The notes under the pieces were generated by a model, which was given only the letters and a program-made list of their open reading frames with translations, was not told the DNA's origin and ran no database searches. Shown one piece after another: positions 29,860 through 36,654 of a stretch of 64,000 bases of DNA. The DNA lies in assembly GCA_018660415.1 (NCBI GenBank), contig JABJKG010000013.1, forward strand, positions 1,874 through 65,873, in the 5' to 3' direction. The number at the start of each line of letters is the position of its first letter. Within the stretch, counting starts at the first letter, position 1. The position numbers were made by a program, and so were the translations under genes. Source of the stretch: a bacterium (GTDB lineage: Bacteria > Babelota > Babeliae > Babelales > UBA12409).

Positions 29860-30192
29860 ATGAATATTTACGTTGGAAATTTACCTTACTCAATGACAGA
29901 AGAAATTTTAGAAGAGCTATTTAAAGCGTACGGTGAAGTTGCTGCTGTTAGAATCATCAAAGACAAATTCACTGGAAACTCTAAAGGTTTTGCATTCGTA
30001 GAAATGGGTTCAGAAGACTCAGCTACAGAAGCAATCAATGGCCTTAATGGTAAGGAAGTTGAAGGTCGCACACTTAGAATCAACAAAGCGTTGCCTCCTC
30101 AACAAAAAAATGACCGTGGCGGAGACCGTGGTGATCGTCGTGGCGGCGGTGACCGTGGTGGTAATGGCGGTGGTGGACGTTGGGGCTTCTAG
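29860..30192 (+). CDS. RRM-type RNA-binding protein with an RGG/Gly-rich tail
   Basis: RNP2 is NIYVGNL and RNP1 is KGFAFVEM. The tail is RGGDRGDRRGGGDRGGNGGGGRWGF. Confidence 0.9.
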   Translation: MNIYVGNLPYSMTEEILEELFKAYGEVAAVRIIKDKFTGNSKGFAFVEMGSEDSATEAINGLNGKEVEGRTLRINKALPPQQKNDRGGDRGDRRGGGDRGGNGGGGRWGF

Positions 30193-30230
30193 TCTTAACA
30201 ACTACTATTAGCTTCTGCTAATTAAGTTAT

Positions 30231-30270
30231 AAAAAGCCCGCTTGGTTTTCCAAGCGGGCTTTTTTATTTT
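30231..30270. terminator. Bidirectional rho-independent terminator
   Basis: agcccgcttgg (30235-30245) pairs with ccaagcgggct (30250-30260). An A5 run lies upstream and a T6 run downstream. Confidence 0.75.
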
Positions 30271-30543
30271 GTCTTTTTAGGTTAGAAACTATTTAGTTTT
30301 CTTAATCAATTTTTTAAAATCTGATCTTACTTGTTTAAATAAAGCATCTTGTCTTGCACTAGTTCTTTAGCTCTATCTACTTCTCGAGAGTACTCCAAAG
30401 TCTCATCATTTCTAACAGTAAAACACCTCTTATAAGTCGTCCTATTACCCTTTTCCGCTCTAATCCACCCTATCTATTCTAATCAAAAGGCAGTACTATA
30501 AGATCAAAACTGGCTTAAAACCATCGATAAAAGGCCTCTCATT

Positions 30544-31083
30544 ATGAAAAAAACCTTATTAGTGCTCAGTCTTGTACTTTATAGCACTGTATATACAGAA
30601 GTGTATCGCATATATATCACCAATAACACTCAAGAGGTCATTCCACATGTTCGAATTAAAGTACAAAAGAAAGGTTGGAATAAAACCTACCAACGTTCAG
30701 AGCACTGTTATGGGTCGGTTCATATCGATGAGCTTAAGTCTGGCCACACCCAGTCTGTAGTCCTTGAAAACGCAACAAAACGACTCCGAAGCTTTGTACA
30801 TCGGGATCCCAAATACCCATTTCGTGACCACTGGGTTAGGGGTGGCAGAAAGGAAAACGAGTGGTACCCATTAGGGATGCACCTAGAAAATGCTCAAATT
30901 GTACCACTCGGCATTATCGTTGATACAGCAAGTGGTTGCCCTGGTGGCTGTAGGGTCACGCGTAAAGGGAAATGTGCAGAACGGCATGATAATGCCGAAT
31001 ATCACATAGGGGCCGATCCCACCGCAAATAGTTATAGCTTGGCTAGAAAAGACGGTCGAGTCGTAGTAAAAGCAGCAAAATAG
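30544..31083 (+). CDS. Secreted Cys-containing protein, paralog 1 (unknown family)
   Basis: Signal peptide is present. YITNNTQEVIPHVRIKV block. C-terminal GCPGGCRVTRKGKCAERHDNA. Confidence 0.6.
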   Translation: MKKTLLVLSLVLYSTVYTEVYRIYITNNTQEVIPHVRIKVQKKGWNKTYQRSEHCYGSVHIDELKSGHTQSVVLENATKRLRSFVHRDPKYPFRDHWVRGGRKENEWYPLGMHLENAQIVPLGIIVDTASGCPGGCRVTRKGKCAERHDNAEYHIGADPTANSYSLARKDGRVVVKAAK

Positions 31084-31105
31084 TTTCAATTATAGGAGTC
31101 CCATT

Positions 31106-31690
31106 ATGAACAAAGCAATTCTAATTATATGTTTTTTATTGCACACGACTGTCCATGCAGAAGATCATCGCGTATATATCACCAATAACACTCAAGAAGT
31201 CATTCCACATGTTCGAATTAAAGTAACCATGAAAGGTTGGCAAAAGTATGATATTCCCGAACTATTCTTAAAAGCTGGTGCCCCTAAAACAGAAAACGTT
31301 GCTACACTCCGGAGCGGGTCGGTACATATTTTCGACCTTTATCCTGCAGGCACTCAGGTTGCAATACTTGAAAAAGCAAAACACCGACATCGTAGCTCTA
31401 TACTCCCGGACCCTAAGTGTCCACATTTTTACCCGACTGGTGGAAAAAAACTAGATAGCTGGTCCCCCCTAGGAGCTTACCTACAAGATACTGTTGTAAC
31501 CCAATTATGTCGCATCATTGTGGACACCGAAACTAGATGCTCTGATGGTTGCAACCTAACAAGAAAAGGAAAGTGTGCTGAATGTCATGACAATGCAGAT
31601 TTTAGTATATGGGCCGCCCCTACCAAAGAAAACAACCAATATGAGGTGATTAAAGAGAATGGTAAAGTTGTGGTCAAAGCTCTCAAATAA
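31106..31690 (+). CDS. Secreted Cys-containing protein, paralog 2 (unknown family)
   Basis: Signal peptide is present. Same YITNNTQEVIPHVRIKV block. C-terminal RCSDGCNLTRKGKCAECHDNA. Confidence 0.6.
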   Translation: MNKAILIICFLLHTTVHAEDHRVYITNNTQEVIPHVRIKVTMKGWQKYDIPELFLKAGAPKTENVATLRSGSVHIFDLYPAGTQVAILEKAKHRHRSSILPDPKCPHFYPTGGKKLDSWSPLGAYLQDTVVTQLCRIIVDTETRCSDGCNLTRKGKCAECHDNADFSIWAAPTKENNQYEVIKENGKVVVKALK

Positions 31691-31762
31691 CCCTCTACTA
31701 CTCATCTAACTTCATAAATAAGTATGCCTCTGTAAAAGAATATACCTTGTTGCGCAAAACCC

Positions 31763-31818
31763 TTGACTCTTGTTTCAAAATGAATTATTATTGGTTTAAT
31801 AGTGGATAATTATTCATA
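31763..31818 (+). promoter_or_regulatory. Candidate promoter with two ARG-box-like operators upstream of argR
   Basis: TTGACT (31763-31768), 17-nt spacer, TATTAT (31786-31791). The 18-mers aaTGAATtattATTggtt (31779-31796) and agTGgATaattATTCAta (31801-31818) resemble the ARG-box consensus tnTGAATwwwwATTCAnw. Confidence 0.35.
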
Positions 31819-31837
31819 TTTTAAACATAGGGAAAAT

Positions 31838-32317
31838 ATGAAGAAAAGTTTTAAAATTAATACGCGACACGATGCTTTGAAAGCACTTATTGAGCAACAT
31901 CCAGTTGAAAACCAGCTCGAGTTGGTCAAATTGCTCAAGCAGGAGTATAATATAGAGGCAAACCAGGCTATAATTTCACGTGATCTGCATGAACTAGGGA
32001 TTACTAAAAAGTTACAGAACGGCAAGCTCGTATATCAAAACAGCAGCATTGATGTCTCACAGGAAATATTAAACCTGGGTATAACTGACATTGTTTATAA
32101 CGAAGCCATGATTATTGTTAAAACGTTGCCCGGATTGGCTGATTATGTTGGTGATTATCTGGATGGACAAGAAAATAGCGGAATTTTAGCTACGCTTGCA
32201 GGAGAGAATGTAGTTTTCATTACTCCTTGGTCAGTTCAAAACATTGAACACGCGTTTCAACAAGTTTGCTCGATACTAGGCCATAAGCCTGTATCAAGCA
32301 TGAAGAAAGAATTATAA
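31838..32317 (+). CDS. argR: Arginine repressor ArgR
   Basis: Winged-helix N-terminus (RHDALKALIEQHPVENQLELVKLLKQEYNIEANQAIISRDLHELG) and an oligomerisation C-terminal domain. ATG at 31838 follows AGGGA. Confidence 0.8.
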   Translation: MKKSFKINTRHDALKALIEQHPVENQLELVKLLKQEYNIEANQAIISRDLHELGITKKLQNGKLVYQNSSIDVSQEILNLGITDIVYNEAMIIVKTLPGLADYVGDYLDGQENSGILATLAGENVVFITPWSVQNIEHAFQQVCSILGHKPVSSMKKEL

Positions 32318-32318
32318 C

Positions 32319-33077
32319 ATGAAAACGTCTCATTATGTCTCATTATTTATTTTTATAATCGCCGGCATAGGACTATGGAATTATCCTGATAGTCAGCAGC
32401 AACGTGCGCCTAAAAACATTCTGCGCGTAGGAACTAATGCTGAATATCCGCCATTTTCATTAAAAAAAGATGGAAAGATTGTTGGTTTTGATATTGATAT
32501 TGTTAAAGACATTGCCAAACGAATGGGAAAAACGGTTGTTTTTGCCAACATGGACTTTGACATGCTTATACCACAACTTCAGTTCGGTGCTATCGATATT
32601 GTTGCAGCCGGTATTTCAGAAACGCCCGAGCGAGCCAATCAGGTATCATTTACAACACCACACCTGTGCAATGATCCTTTCTTGATTGTAACTCTAGCCA
32701 ACAAGCCACCTGTGACAAGCATTGGTCAATTAATAGGTAAAAAAATAATTGTTAACCAAGGATTTACTGCTGAATTATATATGCAACAAATACCTGGCCC
32801 GATCTTACAGGCACTGCCAACCGTAGCGGACGCTTTTGTTGCACTCGAGCAAGGTAAAGGCTATGCATTTGTAACAGCGGCATCAGCGGTTACCCCCTAT
32901 TTTAAAAAGTATGGTAAAGATAAATTCCGAGTCTCGCGTATCCCAGGATCTGGAGAAAGCTATAACCTTGCGATATCTCGTAAAAACCCAACACTCTTGA
33001 AAAAAGTTCAGGAAACCCTCAATTCCATGAAAAAAGATGGAACTTTAACCAAGTTACAAAATAAGTGGGAATTATAA
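32319..33077 (+). CDS. Polar amino-acid ABC transporter substrate-binding protein (family 3)
   Basis: LRVGTNAEYPPFS, GFDIDIVKDIAKRMG and DIVAAGISETPERA motifs. Confidence 0.85.
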   Translation: MKTSHYVSLFIFIIAGIGLWNYPDSQQQRAPKNILRVGTNAEYPPFSLKKDGKIVGFDIDIVKDIAKRMGKTVVFANMDFDMLIPQLQFGAIDIVAAGISETPERANQVSFTTPHLCNDPFLIVTLANKPPVTSIGQLIGKKIIVNQGFTAELYMQQIPGPILQALPTVADAFVALEQGKGYAFVTAASAVTPYFKKYGKDKFRVSRIPGSGESYNLAISRKNPTLLKKVQETLNSMKKDGTLTKLQNKWEL

Positions 33078-33739
33078 TGATTAATTTAACGATTATTAAA
33101 GAAGCATTACCGTACTTACTACATGGTACAATTGTAACCATAAAGATCGCCTATTTTTCTTGTATTATTGGCATTGTAATGGGTACCATCTTAGCGCTCT
33201 TTCAAACCAGCAAGGTTGCTATATTGGAATGGCCGGTAAAAATATTTGTCACAATTGTACGTGGTACCCCAATGATTATTCAAATATTTTTCATGTATTT
33301 TATACTACTTAATCTCTTGTCTCCTCAACTCCCGGCTATCTATGCGGCAATCATCGCTATTGGTTTAAATAGCTCTGCATATGTAAGCCAAATTATCCGT
33401 GCAGGTATTAACTCTGTGAGTACAGGTCAACAAGAGGCTGCCCAAGTGATGGGGTTAACCCGATTTCAGACTATCCGATTTATTATTCTTCCTCAGGCGC
33501 TACAAATGACGCTTCCAGCTCTTGGAAATGAATTTGCAACACTTATTAAGGATTCAAGTTTAGCTATGTTTATTGGCGTTTCAGAGTTGTTTAAAGAGGG
33601 TCGAGATGTTATAATCATCACTTACGATCAAGTATCAGTGTATATAGCAATTGGCATCATTTATTTAATTCTTACTTCAATTGCGTCTATGTGTGTCAAC
33701 TTTACAGAAAGAAGGATGAGCTGCCATGTTAAAGATTAA
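33077..33739 (+). CDS. Polar amino-acid ABC transporter permease
   Basis: EAA loop QEAAQVMGLTRFQTIRFIILPQA. The ATG overlaps the upstream stop (TAATG). Confidence 0.85.
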   Translation: MINLTIIKEALPYLLHGTIVTIKIAYFSCIIGIVMGTILALFQTSKVAILEWPVKIFVTIVRGTPMIIQIFFMYFILLNLLSPQLPAIYAAIIAIGLNSSAYVSQIIRAGINSVSTGQQEAAQVMGLTRFQTIRFIILPQALQMTLPALGNEFATLIKDSSLAMFIGVSELFKEGRDVIIITYDQVSVYIAIGIIYLILTSIASMCVNFTERRMSCHVKD

Positions 33740-34442
33740 AAATGCATACAAAGCGTTTGGAGATAAAGTTGTTTTAGATGATGTGTCTCTTACGCTACCT
33801 GCTGGACAAGTTGCTATTTTGATAGGACACTCCGGTGTTGGGAAGTCAACCCTCTTGCGAGTGTTAAACAACCTAGAGCCTTTAGATTTAGGCACTGTAT
33901 CACTTAATAATAAAGAGCTTGATCTGTCCGAAATAAATAGTGACCACGGTATTGGAATGGTTTTTCAACAGTTCAATCTGTTTGACCATATGACTGTATT
34001 AGAAAACATTAGTTTTCCTTTAGAAAAAACAACAAAAACATCTAAGGCTGGTGCTCAAAAATCCGCTCTTAATTTGCTAGACAAGTACGGCCTCAAGGAT
34101 AAAGCATATTGTTACCCGTCATCATTGTCGGGTGGACAAAAACAACGGTTGGCAATTGCTCGTACAATCGCTCTAAAGCCTAAAGTTATTTGTATGGATG
34201 AACCAACATCGGCGCTTGATCCCTACTTAACAAACTTTGTTGCAGACAGCATAGAAGGCCTTGCTAAGGAAGGATACTCCGTGTTGGTAGCCTCTCATGA
34301 CACTGCACTTATTGAGCGATTAGACAAAGCAACAATTCATTTAATGGACGCTGGAAAAATTATTGAATCAGCTACATCAAACGAATTATATAAAGAAGCT
34401 AATGAATTTCCACTCTTAAAAAAGTTTATCTGTGGTCAATAA
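33726..34442 (+). CDS. Polar amino-acid ABC transporter ATP-binding protein
   Basis: Walker A GHSGVGKST, signature LSGGQKQR, Walker B ICMDEPTSALD. Confidence 0.9.
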   Translation: MLKIKNAYKAFGDKVVLDDVSLTLPAGQVAILIGHSGVGKSTLLRVLNNLEPLDLGTVSLNNKELDLSEINSDHGIGMVFQQFNLFDHMTVLENISFPLEKTTKTSKAGAQKSALNLLDKYGLKDKAYCYPSSLSGGQKQRLAIARTIALKPKVICMDEPTSALDPYLTNFVADSIEGLAKEGYSVLVASHDTALIERLDKATIHLMDAGKIIESATSNELYKEANEFPLLKKFICGQ

Positions 34443-34539
34443 TTCTTAGTTATTTTGCAACACAAACTTTGACGTAAATTAAAAAAAATGAGAAAATTCC
34501 CTTAGAGTATACATTATAAAACCCTAAGGGAGATTTTCT

Positions 34540-35841
34540 ATGAAACCAACCATTCCACAACTGTTTTTTTCCACACTACTCTTAACATCAATGTATGTTC
34601 AATCTAAGAAAAATACTCCAGAATTTTCTGAACTGGTTTTCACACCAATCAATTCACAACAAATAAGAACTGTAACCATTCCTAAGTCTAAACTTCAGAA
34701 TGCCCTTGATGGCGGTGCAGCGTTTGACGGTTCTTCAATCGGTGGATACGGTACTATCACGGATAGTGACAAGCTCTTAAAGGTCGATTCTAATGCTCAC
34801 TACTCTCTTTATAATGAAGAAAGTGACACAGCTACCGGATTATATTTTTGTGATGTCTACGCCGATGAAAAAACTCCATACCTAGGTGATCCACGCACGT
34901 TATGTAAACATGCAATGCAGGTGCTTCAAGAAAAAACTGGTTATCAAATTTCTGTTGGCACCGAACTAGAATTTTATTTGATAGACAAAGAGGCCTGGGA
35001 ACAAGGCGAAATAACACCTATCAACCAATCACGCTATTTTGATTTAGAGCCAGACCAGGAAATTACTACGTTTAAACTTGAAGCCATGAAAGCTCTAGTT
35101 GAAAGTGGTGTTGATGTAGAAAAATGGCATAGCGAAGTCGGACCCGCACAGTATGAAATTAGTATTCAATATACCGATCCAATTTCACTTGGAGATCAAT
35201 TAATACTCGCTAAACACATTATTGCGCTACACGCAGATAGAGCTGGCATGAAAGCTATTTTCACACCTAAGCCTATTGCTACAGAAAATGGCAGCGGTCT
35301 TCATATCCATTTTAGCTTATGGAATAAAAAAACAAATGCTTTTTACGATGCACAAGTCAACGGCTTATCTCAAACCGCTTACACGTTCTTAGCTGGTATC
35401 ATGAAGTACATTTCTGATGTAGCACCTTTATTCAACTGCGACGAAAATTCTTTCCAGCGATTAGTTCCAGGGTTTGAAGCTCCTATTTACCTCTGTTATG
35501 GAGAAAAAAACCGATCAGCTGCATTTAGAATTCCAGCTACATACGGTAGTGCAAATGCAACACGCTTTGAGTTACGCTGCCCTGATGTATATTGCAACCC
35601 ATACTTAGCGTTTACCGCCATTATACTCACAGGGCTACAAGGTTTAATCGATAACGAACAAGCCGTTCCTGAAATCAAGAGTAATTTGTACACGATGACC
35701 GAAGAAGAAATTGCTAGCCTTAACATTAAGCGCTTACCGCTCTCTCTTAAAGAAGCGTTAGAAAATTTTGAAAACAGTGGGTTTGTAAAACAACACTTAC
35801 CAGAAGAGTTTGTAACAAACTTTTTACACCTTATGAAATAA
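34540..35841 (+). CDS. Glutamine synthetase family protein (type I-like)
   Basis: FDGSSIGG, GTELEFYL, GSGLHIHFSLW and NRSAAFRIP motifs. Confidence 0.85.
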   Translation: MKPTIPQLFFSTLLLTSMYVQSKKNTPEFSELVFTPINSQQIRTVTIPKSKLQNALDGGAAFDGSSIGGYGTITDSDKLLKVDSNAHYSLYNEESDTATGLYFCDVYADEKTPYLGDPRTLCKHAMQVLQEKTGYQISVGTELEFYLIDKEAWEQGEITPINQSRYFDLEPDQEITTFKLEAMKALVESGVDVEKWHSEVGPAQYEISIQYTDPISLGDQLILAKHIIALHADRAGMKAIFTPKPIATENGSGLHIHFSLWNKKTNAFYDAQVNGLSQTAYTFLAGIMKYISDVAPLFNCDENSFQRLVPGFEAPIYLCYGEKNRSAAFRIPATYGSANATRFELRCPDVYCNPYLAFTAIILTGLQGLIDNEQAVPEIKSNLYTMTEEEIASLNIKRLPLSLKEALENFENSGFVKQHLPEEFVTNFLHLMK

Positions 35842-36439
35842 AAAACCTTTGACCATCCTGGTCAAAATAGATAGTTCCAATCAAAGAAAGAGGGCGCTTT
35901 AAAAGCGTCTTCTTTCTTTTTAACAAAAGGAATGCAGGGTTTTTGGTATTAGCGATTAAAAACTCTCTCTTATCATTCAAGAATTTAAAAAACCATTTCC
36001 CATTAGCATGTTGCTTAACAGTGCCATAAAAATTACCAGTAATAGCTTTCAAGTTAAACTTCTGTTGCAGTAGCGCTGTCTCTATTGCTTCTATATTTAA
36101 CTTTTGTTGTAAGTGCTTCATAGCACCATAGCTTTTGTTGCAATCATTCTCTACCCAATGATACTGCGGCTCCTTAAGCCCTCTTATCCCCTTAAGAGCA
36201 ACTGCTGCAGCCTTTGCACACACTCGGCATTCTACTCCTGCAATCCAAAGTTTATATAAACATTCTTGTTGCTTTTTTACCGAATGTTTTTTCACTACCG
36301 GCTTTTTAGCAGGTTGAACTATTGTTGCTTTTTTTTGTTTTCTCTTTTTTGCCCTTCTTTTACGCACACGCGAGTCGGTACTAAAAGCTATGCAAGAAAG
36401 CATTAAAAATAAAACGTATAGTTTGTGTATTTGTTTCAT
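35831..36439 (-). CDS. Secreted basic protein with an HMA-like (CxxC) segment
   Basis: Signal peptide is present, followed by a Lys/Arg-rich linker. IAGVECRVCAKAAAVALKGIRGL resembles the heavy-metal-associated fold motif. The 3' end overlaps the glutamine synthetase stop by 11 nt, convergently. Confidence 0.4.
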   Translation of the reverse strand: MKQIHKLYVLFLMLSCIAFSTDSRVRKRRAKKRKQKKATIVQPAKKPVVKKHSVKKQQECLYKLWIAGVECRVCAKAAAVALKGIRGLKEPQYHWVENDCNKSYGAMKHLQQKLNIEAIETALLQQKFNLKAITGNFYGTVKQHANGKWFFKFLNDKREFLIANTKNPAFLLLKRKKTLLKRPLSLIGTIYFDQDGQRFFIS

Positions 36440-36535
36440 AGTTTTTTCTCCAAAGGCCCCTATGGTACTATATAGTATACACTAGAAAAAAAGTTATCGC
36501 TTGACATAGAAAATTTTGCTTGTTAGTATTCTGGC

Positions 36536-36638
36536 AAGTATATAAAACGTTAAAAACGTCCCTAAAACGAACGATACTTTAAGTATTGTTCACCCCCCTA
36601 TCCCTTCAGCTGTTCTTAGTTGGAGGGATAATTTTTTG
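36536..36638 (+). ncRNA. Candidate small RNA (~100 nt) defined by an orphan promoter and terminator
   Basis: TTGACA (36501-36506), 17-nt spacer ending in TGt, then TAGTAT (36524-36529). The intervening sequence has no ATG. Terminator stem 36599-36608 pairs with 36621-30, followed by aTTTTTT (36631-36637). Both flanking genes are on the minus strand. Confidence 0.3.
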
Positions 36639-36654
36639 CTCTTACAGTACTAGC

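Noticed and set aside
29860-30192. RRM/RGG protein as possible eukaryotic contamination or chimeric assembly
   Set aside because: It is flanked by bacterial genes on the same contig. It has bacterial-style promoter elements and a rho-independent terminator, and no introns. RRM proteins are known in bacteria.
34540-34611. Apparent signal peptide on glutamine synthetase, implying an exported GS
   Set aside because: The hydrophobic stretch lacks a clear cleavage motif and may be part of the N-terminal domain or an alternative start. Evidence is insufficient for such an unusual claim.
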